DNA of 64,000 nt, taken from IMG/VR virus record IMGVR_UViG_3300046703_000335, positions 124,001-188,000 of that record; one strand, written 5' to 3'. Made by a program: the position numbers and the translations under genes. Below the pieces are notes generated by a model that ran no database searches, was not told the DNA's origin, and saw only the letters and a program-made list of their open reading frames with translations. This document shows positions 9,740-20,040 of this stretch, piece by piece; positions within the stretch are counted from its first letter, which is position 1; each line of letters begins with the position of its first letter.

Positions 9740-11757
9740 TACATGCTAGCCTTTGCAGTAGAAGAGCCCTTTAAGGGTGCACCCGTAATATAATCATTAT
9801 GAGTGCGACTAGTTATAATACCCCCCAGGTTACCCAATCTACCATTCAAGTTTATCGATCCCCCAGTTATATTAATAGTTGCTGCCTTAGAAGTTTCAAT
9901 TCCAATATTCAAACTTGCTCCTATAGTAGCTCTACCTGCTCTTGTACTGAGACCAACATTACCTGAAGTAGTACTAAGAGTAACATTTCCTGCTCTTGTA
10001 TTCGCGGTAAAGTTACCCGAATTAGTAGTAAAGCTACGATTTCCTACTCCTGTAATTTCTTCTTGGATACTACCTGTCAAAATCTTTAACTTCTTATTAC
10101 CAACATTAGTAATCTCTTCCAGAATATCACCCCTGATAGATTTTATAGTTAGTTCAGAATTTCCGCTATTAATAAAGGTTTTTCGATTACCAAAACTCTC
10201 ATTTTTTTCTTTAGTAACTTTTTCAGTAAAAGCATCTCCAACTATAACATTATATCCTGATCCAATACTAATAGTAGATGCTCCACTTACTCTTTCTACC
10301 CGGGCACCCTTTACTGCTAATTTATCTGAACCATTGATTATGGTTTCACGAGTGGATTCCACTTCCACACGCTCATTACCACCAATCTTTTCAATCTTAT
10401 AATACTTCCTGACACTATCTAATTTTTTATCTTTTTTATCGAAGTCATATAAATCGGGTGATAATTCAGATCCATACATAAAAAATACAGAGCTACTTGT
10501 TCTAATGTCCATACTTCGATTACTATAAGGGTTACCATCACGCTCATTATGTGATCCAATCTGCCACCTTATACCTCCGACAGTATCTAAATCCCATGAA
10601 TTAGCATACCGAGAATCCTGTCCCCATACTTCCTTCTTACTCCCACGAGCAAGAATGGACATTGACCTACCTTTACCTAATCCTCCGCCTGTAGCAGCAG
10701 GAAGATGTTGAAAGAAGTGCCCTTCTTTATCTATACCTAAGTATGCCCCTAATGAAGGACTGGTTTTATTTGGCTTAAATAGAGTAATAGCAGAAGCAAA
10801 ATTATCTATACCGTCCCCGGACACTGGCTCAAATGAAAAATTTCCTGAATTATCATCGGGATCTGTAAAAAGAACAGGCCTTAAAACTCTACCATAATTC
10901 CCATTATTTGGATTATTACCTATAAAGTTACCTAATGAAAATATAGCAACAGGTTTTCGAATAGTTTTATTAGAACTATAGTTAACATCATTTATAGGTT
11001 TTACTCCAAAATCCCTATCATCTACTTCAAGAAGATATTCCACTAAATATGGGTCAGAGGCCCCATCAGAATTCTGAGGTCTTATTACGAAAGTGTCTTT
11101 ACCATTAACTCTTACATCCTTAAAAGCATTAGGTATCTCATCAATCTCAATAGGACTTATGCTGTTACGCCGGACTATCCCAGCATTTCTCCAGATACCA
11201 CTACTAAACACATAATTGTTAAGAGAAGTATTAATGATAGAATTATCTTCAGGTCTTAATACAAAGCTATTTCCACAACTATCATCCACTTTAAAGTAAT
11301 CACCCAATAAAACTTCTATACCTTCAGTAGAACATAATGATACCCAGCCTTCCTTTAATTTTCTCATACGGAAAAAAAGTTCATTCTTTTCCTGAATTTT
11401 TACATCATCGGACCATACTTCCACATTTCTATTTTCTAATCCAAGTACGTAATTTGGTAAATAAGTTATTGGAAAATAATCTCCTGATTGACGTGCCACT
11501 AAAATAATTGAACCCTCTTCTGGGGTAGCTTGTATAAAGCTATGGGTTCCTGAAAAAGGCTGGGAAATATCAATTATTATACCTGACCCATACCCCTTTC
11601 TAAAGTCAACGTACATTTTTTGTCTATCAACATCAACTTTTTTTACATCCCCAATTAAAAAAGTTAAATCTTCTTGACCCCTGGCACTTGGAGAGGGTAT
11701 CTCATTAGGAGCTATTTTTCTACCGGGTAAGTTAAAGTACCCTTTAGATGTTCTCAT
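9739..11757 (-). CDS. Baseplate central spike (gp5/GpV/VgrG-like)
   Basis: N-terminal OB-fold-like segment (GDVKKVDVDRQKMYVDF...PEEGSIILVA), C-terminal beta-helix-type repeats (GNFTANTRAGNVTLSTTSGNVGLSTRAG) and a His-containing tip (THNDYITG). Follows the hub gene. Confidence 0.8.
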   Translation of the reverse strand: MRTSKGYFNLPGRKIAPNEIPSPSARGQEDLTFLIGDVKKVDVDRQKMYVDFRKGYGSGIIIDISQPFSGTHSFIQATPEEGSIILVARQSGDYFPITYLPNYVLGLENRNVEVWSDDVKIQEKNELFFRMRKLKEGWVSLCSTEGIEVLLGDYFKVDDSCGNSFVLRPEDNSIINTSLNNYVFSSGIWRNAGIVRRNSISPIEIDEIPNAFKDVRVNGKDTFVIRPQNSDGASDPYLVEYLLEVDDRDFGVKPINDVNYSSNKTIRKPVAIFSLGNFIGNNPNNGNYGRVLRPVLFTDPDDNSGNFSFEPVSGDGIDNFASAITLFKPNKTSPSLGAYLGIDKEGHFFQHLPAATGGGLGKGRSMSILARGSKKEVWGQDSRYANSWDLDTVGGIRWQIGSHNERDGNPYSNRSMDIRTSSSVFFMYGSELSPDLYDFDKKDKKLDSVRKYYKIEKIGGNERVEVESTRETIINGSDKLAVKGARVERVSGASTISIGSGYNVIVGDAFTEKVTKEKNESFGNRKTFINSGNSELTIKSIRGDILEEITNVGNKKLKILTGSIQEEITGVGNRSFTTNSGNFTANTRAGNVTLSTTSGNVGLSTRAGRATIGASLNIGIETSKAATINITGGSINLNGRLGNLGGIITSRTHNDYITGAPLKGSSTAKASM

Positions 11758-11759
11758 AT

Positions 11760-14216
11760 CTACCCACTATATGTTGAATATTTTTGATTATCTTCTAATA
11801 GACTTTCATCTACCGTACTAATTGGAACATCCATTAATATCTTTGTGGCATTATCCACATTATTAATCGCAGCTATCCCTGTTTTATTATTCATACTTTC
11901 ATAAAAATAAGGATTAGACTGTGAATTTTGTTGCTGCTTTACATCCTCAAGTGTACTATAGATATTATCCATTTTATCTTTAGACTTTTGAATAGTAACT
12001 TCTTCTTGTTCATTAGTTGCAGTAGGATTACTAGCTACGCTATTCTGTATATCATTATTAGCCTCACTACTAACTCCATAAGATGTTGCTTCACGTATCC
12101 CTGAGCTATTTAATATGGAGCTCACTTCCTGATCTTTTACATCAATAAAGTTTGTAGTATCTCGCATCTTACCATCTTTTGTAATTACAAGATTAGCTCC
12201 GTAAGGAAAAGCACCCATATGTCGGTACCCAAGCTTATCCGTAAATGGGACACTTTCATCAGTTAGCATAACAAGTTCATTAGAAGTATATGTAGCCCCA
12301 TCACCAGCATCTTTAATTTGATCCTGAGTCCTCTGTTTTACATTAGCTCGATCGATTTTCCATAACCCCAATAACCCCGGGCCATCATAAACTCCATTTT
12401 GAGCTGATATTAATTGTTTTTTCCAATCATTTATAGTTTTATCTAAATCTTTAGGCTGCTTGCCTTTTTCAGATATAGCACTAATTTTATCTTTTAATGC
12501 TGCAGTATTTATATTTCCGTCATTTATCAACTTAGCTATCTCAGCTTCTCTATCTCGCAGCACACAAGAATAGAGTACATCCCCTAGCTGAGATCCTGGC
12601 ACACCACTATTACCATCATCAAAAACTTTTTCTCTTCTAAATTGTAAGGTTAACTCAGTGACTGCAGAAGAACCATATGTAAAATTATGATTAATACCGG
12701 TTACATAATAAAAAGTATCTATATGCTCAAGATACACTGGATAACCAAGTCTCATCTCTGGTCTTAACGGGATAGAAACACTCCCAGTATATGCCTGACC
12801 ATTCTTTCTAGCCATCTCAGCCACAGCTATCATTTTAAGCTGTTTTGCGTTCATACCGTATGGCACGTTAAGCTGTTCTGATCTTATCCCATATCTTTTA
12901 ATTGAATCAAAATCAGCGTGAAAACCTATAGCCTCAAGGGAAGGCAGTGATTGATATAAAGGACCAGTAACAGTTAGGTAATTTATAATTGAATTTGAAT
13001 CAAAAGAAGAATTATAGTTAATAATCTCATCCGGCCCTACACGATAGTATGGTACTTTACCTGAAGCTACATCAAGATTATAAAAAGGTGGCTTAAATAC
13101 TATCTCCCCATTAGTATCTACAAAAAATTCCATGAAAACTTTTTCGCATATAGTTGTAGCTATTTCCAATTTTGAATAAATTGTAGGTTCAGCACCCGAG
13201 CCAAATAATTCAAACATACCATAGGGTTGAACTCTTGCCAATATCCCAAAATCTAAATCTAATTTTGCTCTTCTATCTGCTTGCTGACCCAGTGATGCTT
13301 CTTTAGGATCAAGAAAAGACAGCATTGAATCACTGACAGTCTTAAAGTCTATGGGACCCCGTAATCCATACATTCTCAGAGGGATTTTTTCTAATTGTTT
13401 TCTTATAAGATCGGGATTATCATCCGCAGATACTCCCAAACCAAAACGATCATTCCAGTAATCTATAACAAGGCTTGATAAAGGGCCAAAAGTATCTCTT
13501 GTAGGAATCAATGAATCAGGAAAAATGCCAGTCTGTGACCATTTAGGAAATATAAAATTATAATGCAAAGCAGAACCATTAGTAGCATGCTGAGCAAAAA
13601 AGGAATCTACAAATAAAGAGTATATTATCTCCCATGCAGACATTTTTTCAAATGTTGAAGGAAATCTTATTTGTGGGGCTCCTCCAAAAAAGGCATCCTG
13701 AACACTTGGATTTAGTGTGATTTTCTGGTATTTCCACCAGCATAAAAAATCTTCACAAGTAATACTTATAGTATAATTACCATCAGAATAACTTTCTTGT
13801 ACATTAGTTATCATACCCCAGAATACTGGATAGTATCTCGGTACATAGTTATACTCTGGTTCAAGAAATCTACCTTTCATGTATATTTTTACTTCCATCA
13901 TAGGCATAAAAAATGGCACTCTTGTTCCATTTGGTAGAGTTATATAATAATCCTCATGTATTCCTTTATATATAGGTGCTATAACTTCAATAGTCGCTCT
14001 GGATGCTCCGGGGGGAGATATTGCTGCACTGACATTAATAGAAGATATTCCTCCCCTTATATCGATACTTTGAGTTGATTTAGCCTCCATTGGAGATAAT
14101 ACTCTTGATGTCAAAGCTCCATTTATGATAACAAATGCATCTGGAGCTATCTTTAGAACATTTCTTCGATAATTAAACTCATCAAGAGTAAACAATCCTG
14201 ATTGAACATTTGCCAT
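11760..14216 (-). CDS. Baseplate hub protein (gp27/GpD-like)
   Basis: Hub motifs VFWGMITNVQESYS, MEFFVDTNGEIVFKPPFY, SIKRYGIR, LRPEMRLGYPVY, YYVTGINHNFTYG. Located between tube-initiator and spike genes. Confidence 0.8.
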   Translation of the reverse strand: MANVQSGLFTLDEFNYRRNVLKIAPDAFVIINGALTSRVLSPMEAKSTQSIDIRGGISSINVSAAISPPGASRATIEVIAPIYKGIHEDYYITLPNGTRVPFFMPMMEVKIYMKGRFLEPEYNYVPRYYPVFWGMITNVQESYSDGNYTISITCEDFLCWWKYQKITLNPSVQDAFFGGAPQIRFPSTFEKMSAWEIIYSLFVDSFFAQHATNGSALHYNFIFPKWSQTGIFPDSLIPTRDTFGPLSSLVIDYWNDRFGLGVSADDNPDLIRKQLEKIPLRMYGLRGPIDFKTVSDSMLSFLDPKEASLGQQADRRAKLDLDFGILARVQPYGMFELFGSGAEPTIYSKLEIATTICEKVFMEFFVDTNGEIVFKPPFYNLDVASGKVPYYRVGPDEIINYNSSFDSNSIINYLTVTGPLYQSLPSLEAIGFHADFDSIKRYGIRSEQLNVPYGMNAKQLKMIAVAEMARKNGQAYTGSVSIPLRPEMRLGYPVYLEHIDTFYYVTGINHNFTYGSSAVTELTLQFRREKVFDDGNSGVPGSQLGDVLYSCVLRDREAEIAKLINDGNINTAALKDKISAISEKGKQPKDLDKTINDWKKQLISAQNGVYDGPGLLGLWKIDRANVKQRTQDQIKDAGDGATYTSNELVMLTDESVPFTDKLGYRHMGAFPYGANLVITKDGKMRDTTNFIDVKDQEVSSILNSSGIREATSYGVSSEANNDIQNSVASNPTATNEQEEVTIQKSKDKMDNIYSTLEDVKQQQNSQSNPYFYESMNNKTGIAAINNVDNATKILMDVPISTVDESLLEDNQKYSTYSG

Positions 14217-14240
14217 TATGTTAATTCCTTAAAATTATCA

Positions 14241-15683
14241 TTAAATAGATATTTCATGCTCATTTACCACGCCAGGAGCAGAATGCTTAGCTATAAGTTG
14301 TAAAAAATCAAGTCTAATTGGATCAACTATTGGAGCACTAATAGCTCTATTATGTAATGTTCTCCACATGTCATCTAAGATAGGATTAACTTGAAACTCT
14401 ACACAATCTAAATAGTTTGATGCTAAAGGATTAATTATTCTTGCTCCAAAGTCACAATGCTGAGGGTACATCCCATTATCTGTACCTTCATGACCTATAA
14501 CTGAGCCTACACTAACTGTAGCCCCCACTACAAGGACTATGCTATTTATATCTAAATGATAATATCGCACATATAAGGAGGTACCTCTAAAATTTGTAGA
14601 TACTATTATATAATTTGAACCTCCATATAAAGTACTTTTCTGCACTTTCCAAACAGTGCCATCAGTAGCAGAATAAACTGTACCTGTGTGAGTTCTAAAA
14701 TCACATTTCATATTAGGATCACCATGAGGTTCTCCATCTCTCCACCCACGAGTTATTCTAAAGATACCAGGACCTATGGGTGAAACGCCATTTTCTAATG
14801 GATCCCCAAAAAACTTTTTTTCATCTGAATACTCTCTTGTTGTATAATCATAAAGAGTTGGATCCTTAGCATCACTCAAAGGAAAATAAGAATTAAGTTC
14901 ATTCTGGTCTAAACCAAGAATCGGTGTAAATCCTACATTCTCCCCCTGTAAACTTATATGGACTTGATTATCCAGTTGGTTATCCTCCATAGAAACATGT
15001 CCTTCCACACCTGGATATAGTATACCAAAACTTGATACTATAAACTCAAAACTATACTCCATTTTATAGGGGCTGGTTGCAAGATCATTAAGAGTAAAGG
15101 TACTAAAGGATCCTATATAAGTTGAGCCATCGTATTCAATCTTAATACTGTCCATAACATTTATTACTCTACTAGTACCATCTTTAAATAAGGATGGGTT
15201 AGATGCACCATCTAAAAAATACCAGCCATTATTCTTAAATAATCCTGTGATATCCATAACATTGACAAAACTCGGAGACCCTCTTCTATATTTGTTAGTT
15301 AAACCACCATTATTATTGAGATAAAAATAAAAAGCAGCTGATACCCCCGAAGCTGATATCGTAGCTTGTTGATTTCCCCAAGCTGTTGTCACCCAACCAC
15401 GCCTAGTATACGTGTTACCTAATACTTGCTGCTGTCCGATAGTCATATCACGAGGATTAATAAACAGTGTTAAAGTAGCCACATCATAACTTAGATATGA
15501 ATTATATATCGATATTGTAAATTCCTTATGATCCGCTGGAATGTTAGCAGCAGTTCTTAGATTTGTTGTATCAGTTTCCAAGGTACTATTTACAACAGAA
15601 TTATAAAATAAACTACCACCCTGTCTATTTTGTAATGCTAACAGAACTTCTTTTGTTGCTGTATATTTTTGATTTTCTATCAT
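14241..15683 (-). CDS. Tube-like baseplate (tail-tube initiator) protein fused to an M23-like peptidase domain
   Basis: N-terminal tube-like motifs (LFINPRDMTI, TYTRRGW, YIGSFSTFTL, PYKMEYSFEF). C-terminal M23 signature VYSATDGTV...RYYHL...VGATVSVGSVIG...HCDF. Confidence 0.7.
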   Translation of the reverse strand: MIENQKYTATKEVLLALQNRQGGSLFYNSVVNSTLETDTTNLRTAANIPADHKEFTISIYNSYLSYDVATLTLFINPRDMTIGQQQVLGNTYTRRGWVTTAWGNQQATISASGVSAAFYFYLNNNGGLTNKYRRGSPSFVNVMDITGLFKNNGWYFLDGASNPSLFKDGTSRVINVMDSIKIEYDGSTYIGSFSTFTLNDLATSPYKMEYSFEFIVSSFGILYPGVEGHVSMEDNQLDNQVHISLQGENVGFTPILGLDQNELNSYFPLSDAKDPTLYDYTTREYSDEKKFFGDPLENGVSPIGPGIFRITRGWRDGEPHGDPNMKCDFRTHTGTVYSATDGTVWKVQKSTLYGGSNYIIVSTNFRGTSLYVRYYHLDINSIVLVVGATVSVGSVIGHEGTDNGMYPQHCDFGARIINPLASNYLDCVEFQVNPILDDMWRTLHNRAISAPIVDPIRLDFLQLIAKHSAPGVVNEHEISI

Positions 15684-16537
15684 TATCCTATTGTCCAGAT
15701 AGTTTTTTCAGACTTAAATACAGTACTATAAATTAATCTATAGGGATTTGCTGAATCTTCCGTTATATCAAAGGATTCAAAATGCCCTAAAAAAGTTACA
15801 TAATCAAAACTTATTCGATTATATAATCTTTCTCGAATCATACCTCGTCTAGGATGATTCCCTATAAAAGAAGGATTTTGATTTAAGTATCTATTCATTA
15901 TGGCAAATTCCGCAACCTCCCGTTCAGATGAGGGGGAATTTGACATTGTATAACCATTGTCTTCTTGATATAAATAACCGTTTATTCTATATATGTTAAT
16001 AAGCGCTCTAAGAAATTGATATGACTCAGAGACACTCCTACCAAGAACAGTTAAGCCTTTATACTGATTTGGATATTTAGGATCATTAGGATTAAGTTTA
16101 AAATTAAAAGAATAAGTTGAACCTGAAAAATTTATTGAATCTAAATCATCTCCCCAATGTTCTTCTACCCATCTTGTCATTGTATTGTATCTATTAACAA
16201 TTTTTGATGAGCTTATTACTAAAGATTCTGGATTTGGGGTAAGTTTAAGAGATTCTATGGTAGACCCATCCTCTAATTCAATATGAACCGGTTTAATATT
16301 GGAATCTACATAATCAATAATCATTGGAATTTCATCGGTTACTTTTCTTACATAAGGGGGTTGAAATTCCACAATATTAGCTGATTGGTTTTCTACTTTC
16401 CAATTCTTAGTAGGACCTAGAATATTAACGTTTTCGAAACCCTCAGTTGTATAAAGCTGTGGCAATGTTTTAGCCATTATATACTTTTCAAAAAAAGCTG
16501 GAGTTATGTTAGCTATTGTTGTATTATCTTCAGCCAT
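15683..16537 (-). CDS. Tube-like baseplate protein (gp48/gp54-like initiator)
   Basis: Paralogous to the neighbouring N-terminal domain (LTPNPESL, TMTRWVEEHWG, FLGHFESFDITEDSANPY). Directly follows the tape measure gene. Confidence 0.7.
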   Translation of the reverse strand: MAEDNTTIANITPAFFEKYIMAKTLPQLYTTEGFENVNILGPTKNWKVENQSANIVEFQPPYVRKVTDEIPMIIDYVDSNIKPVHIELEDGSTIESLKLTPNPESLVISSSKIVNRYNTMTRWVEEHWGDDLDSINFSGSTYSFNFKLNPNDPKYPNQYKGLTVLGRSVSESYQFLRALINIYRINGYLYQEDNGYTMSNSPSSEREVAEFAIMNRYLNQNPSFIGNHPRRGMIRERLYNRISFDYVTFLGHFESFDITEDSANPYRLIYSTVFKSEKTIWTIG

Positions 16538-16545
16538 ATTTCACT

Positions 16546-19500
16546 CTATCTTCTTTTCTGTTTTTCGAAGTACATTCTCTCAAATGCTTGCTCAATAGCA
16601 GGTCTTATACTTTTTAGAAATTCTTCCGGATTACCACTTACTGATCCTATATTAATATTAACAGGAATGCTGGGAGCGATAGCCCCTTGGGATCTACCAG
16701 GGCTAAGAGAGCTCAACATATTAGCTGCAGCGGTACCTGCAAATGCCCCAAGATCCCCGCTGATACCTGATGACATATTACGAGCATTTACTACTACATC
16801 TCCTTTACTTAACAGAGCATAACCACCTGAAGATGATTTATAATCTTTATTAGGTGTAACAGGCTGAGTATCCGTTATCTTATTATTATCATTGGTAGTA
16901 TCTTTATTTTTTTTGGATAAAAATAATTCTACTTGTTTCGTAGAATATTGCAGATAACCTTTTTGGTATGCAAAGTCTTTCTGCATTACATCCGCTTCTT
17001 TTTCCAACTTAAGAGCTTTTTTATCATCACCTTTACCTCTTACAGAGGCAGCTTCATCTCTTTTTTGTGTTATAGCTTCCTCAGCAGCCCTTTTTTCTTC
17101 AAATATCTTCCTTGCTTTATCTAAAGCAGCATCAGAAGCTGAACCAATAAGTTGGCCCCCTATATCTGATCCATGTTCCTTCTTTAACACATCTCCCAGA
17201 TGAGCAGCGTTCTTAGTTAATCTATCAATCTCTTTTTGATATTCTTCTTGCTTTTTAACATCAGTTGTTTCTGCCTTACCTGCTTCCAAGACTTTTATAT
17301 CCGCACCAATTTCTTTTAATCCCTTATAGTAGATATCTTTACTTGGATCCTTTAATATTGCTTTTTCTTTATCTGTAGCCTGTAAAAAACTAAAAATAGA
17401 TCCTACTGTCTTAGCAGTACTTACAGCTGCCAAAGCAGCATCCTTTTGAATATCATTACTTGATAATATATACTTTGCATTTTCAGCAGATATACCAATA
17501 AAATCTTCAATAGATTTTGTGTTATTTACAAGATCATCTAATCTCTTATCCTGAGCTTCCATTCCATCATCATTTACTTTAGATACATTATTTAATTCAG
17601 TTAATGTAATTTTATCAATGTTCTTTTGAAGATTCTCATACCCTCCTGAAACTAAATCCTGTACAGCCTGGGGATACTTATCCAAATAAGCCATGACTTG
17701 CTTTATATCTTTACTATTCACTTTAGCGTATGTCAATAGGCCTGATCTTATAGATTCCATATCCATTTGACCAGTTTTCATACCATCTTGAATAACCTTT
17801 TGAAATCTCTCTTGAAATCCCTTTTTATTCTCGGGAGATACATTATCTACCATCTTTTGAACATCTTTACCCATTTGAAGGATACCAACTCTTGACGTCT
17901 GAAGATGACCAAGCATTTTTCTAGCAAATTCTTCTGATACTCCCATAACAGTTTTCATATGCTCTATGGCGGCACGGTCATCAGCAAATATATCCAGACC
18001 TCCCTGCTTTTTCATTTCACTAAAATATTTACTTAATTTAGAACCGGCATCCTTAGAAAGCATCTCTAAATATTCTGCCATATTTAAAGCATTAGATTTA
18101 GCAGCATGGTCAGCCATAGCAAATGTTTTTTGCAAAGTATCACGTAAATTTTCTTCTGCTGATACCTCATTTTCCAATTTAGCTATTACTGCTTGATCCG
18201 CTTTACTGCCTTTACTTTTTTCCTCTTCTATCTTTTTTCTTTTATCTTCTAAAGCTTTGTTATGTTCCTGTATAGCTGCCCCTGTTTCAGCTGCCATTTT
18301 TTGAAAATCTTTTCTATAAGATTCTACTCCACCAGACATTTCCATGAAAGCAATTTTTTGATTAGAACTCATATTACCAAATAAATTGGTCATTTCCTGT
18401 GCCTGCTTCTGAGCATCCTTAAAACCCATGGCACCTTGTTTTTGAAAATTCTTAAGATTATTAGAAGCTACATCCATAAATTTACCATAATAACTTAGAG
18501 CTTCTGCAGCGGCATAAGTAGCTTGATAAAATTTTTGTGATTGTATCCCGGCAATAGAAGCATCATAAGATAGAACTTTAAAACTTTTTGAAGCTTCATC
18601 AACAGTAGACTTAAGATCAGTCATCTGTTCCCCTAACATAGCCCCAGCTTCATCCATAGAAACACCAAAATCGAAACTTACCTTTGCAGCATCTTCTGTA
18701 AGAGCACTATATCCCCCCGCTATATTCTGCATTACTCCCTGAAGACTCATACCTGCTTCTGAAATCCCTTTAAACATCCCAAGAATATCTTCAGACTTCA
18801 AACCATATTTAAGATTTCTCTTAACATCAAAGATAGAATCAGTAAATGTCTTCATAGACTTACTAACATCTTTCATCAATACTGTAGGTCCTTGAAGTTG
18901 AGTAAATGTCTTATTAAATCCTTTTAAAAATTTATCTAATTCATTAACAGCTTTAGCAATAGCTACTACTGCGGAAATGATAAGTCCTATCCATCCTAAT
19001 TTACCTAATGAATTTAATGCTGTGCCAAGCATCTTCATCATATTACCTGCACCCAAAGCACTTTTACCAGTAACCCCCATTATCTCGTTAAGCTTACCTA
19101 ACTCTTTTGAAGCTTCACCATGAGATTTAACTGCCCCCATTCTCTCCCCAAAACTTGATTTTGTACTAAAGAGTGTTTTAAGACTACTTACTTGCTCAGA
19201 TCTTAAACTTACACCTTTTCGAGCTTGAGCAGCACCTTGACTACGGGTTATCTCCCCCATTTTATTCTTAGCAAATCTTTTTGGGTCCGTCAATCCCGTA
19301 GCACTTTTAGTAAGATCTCCTACCATCGGAGTTGCTTCCTCTGAGACATTTCTTTTTAAAAATTCTCCCTGTATCTTATGCATCTCCTCAAGTTGACCCA
19401 GTTTTTCCTTTAAATCCTTAGCTTCTTCTTTACCTAATGTCCCACTTTTTTCCTGAATATCAAATTGTTGCCTCATAATATCAAGGCGCTCTTGTGTAGC

Positions 19501-20040
19501 ATTATTAAGAGCTTTAGTACTTCCTATTTTGCTACTATCTATTTTACTAAGAGCTTCAAAAGTATCTGCTAAAAGTTCAGCATTTCCCCTTAATTTCTTA
19601 GACTCTTTAATCGAACCTACTAAACTTTTTTCAAATGCCTCAACAGATTTGCTAGCCTCATCCAATTCATGGTGGAGAGCATTTAGCCTCTTTTTATTAT
19701 CTGTATAGTCTTTAGAATTTTTCTTATTATCCTTCTTAAGATCTTTCTGTACTTTTAAAAGCTTTAATTCTTCTTCTTTAAGCTTTTTATGAAGTTTACC
19801 ACTTTTCTTTAAATTATCATTACTATGTATTATGCTACTAGCAAGTTTCTGCTCTTTATCCATAAGATCTTTTTGAGCAGTAGCTGCTGCTGAAAGAGCA
19901 TCCGTGTATTTTTTACGAACACTTATGCTATAAAGCATAGTACTATTAAGATCTTTCTCTCTTGCTAATAGGTTAACTTGCTTATCAGCTAATTCTTGAT
20001 ATTTTTTTATTTCGGCATCGATATTACTTAGATCAGCCAT
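16546..20040 (-). CDS. Tail tape measure protein
   Basis: 1164 aa, helical/coiled-coil, A/K/E-rich with one hydrophobic segment (LGWIGLIISAVVAIA). Canonical position after tube and chaperones. Confidence 0.85.
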   Translation of the reverse strand: MADLSNIDAEIKKYQELADKQVNLLAREKDLNSTMLYSISVRKKYTDALSAAATAQKDLMDKEQKLASSIIHSNDNLKKSGKLHKKLKEEELKLLKVQKDLKKDNKKNSKDYTDNKKRLNALHHELDEASKSVEAFEKSLVGSIKESKKLRGNAELLADTFEALSKIDSSKIGSTKALNNATQERLDIMRQQFDIQEKSGTLGKEEAKDLKEKLGQLEEMHKIQGEFLKRNVSEEATPMVGDLTKSATGLTDPKRFAKNKMGEITRSQGAAQARKGVSLRSEQVSSLKTLFSTKSSFGERMGAVKSHGEASKELGKLNEIMGVTGKSALGAGNMMKMLGTALNSLGKLGWIGLIISAVVAIAKAVNELDKFLKGFNKTFTQLQGPTVLMKDVSKSMKTFTDSIFDVKRNLKYGLKSEDILGMFKGISEAGMSLQGVMQNIAGGYSALTEDAAKVSFDFGVSMDEAGAMLGEQMTDLKSTVDEASKSFKVLSYDASIAGIQSQKFYQATYAAAEALSYYGKFMDVASNNLKNFQKQGAMGFKDAQKQAQEMTNLFGNMSSNQKIAFMEMSGGVESYRKDFQKMAAETGAAIQEHNKALEDKRKKIEEEKSKGSKADQAVIAKLENEVSAEENLRDTLQKTFAMADHAAKSNALNMAEYLEMLSKDAGSKLSKYFSEMKKQGGLDIFADDRAAIEHMKTVMGVSEEFARKMLGHLQTSRVGILQMGKDVQKMVDNVSPENKKGFQERFQKVIQDGMKTGQMDMESIRSGLLTYAKVNSKDIKQVMAYLDKYPQAVQDLVSGGYENLQKNIDKITLTELNNVSKVNDDGMEAQDKRLDDLVNNTKSIEDFIGISAENAKYILSSNDIQKDAALAAVSTAKTVGSIFSFLQATDKEKAILKDPSKDIYYKGLKEIGADIKVLEAGKAETTDVKKQEEYQKEIDRLTKNAAHLGDVLKKEHGSDIGGQLIGSASDAALDKARKIFEEKRAAEEAITQKRDEAASVRGKGDDKKALKLEKEADVMQKDFAYQKGYLQYSTKQVELFLSKKNKDTTNDNNKITDTQPVTPNKDYKSSSGGYALLSKGDVVVNARNMSSGISGDLGAFAGTAAANMLSSLSPGRSQGAIAPSIPVNINIGSVSGNPEEFLKSIRPAIEQAFERMYFEKQKRR

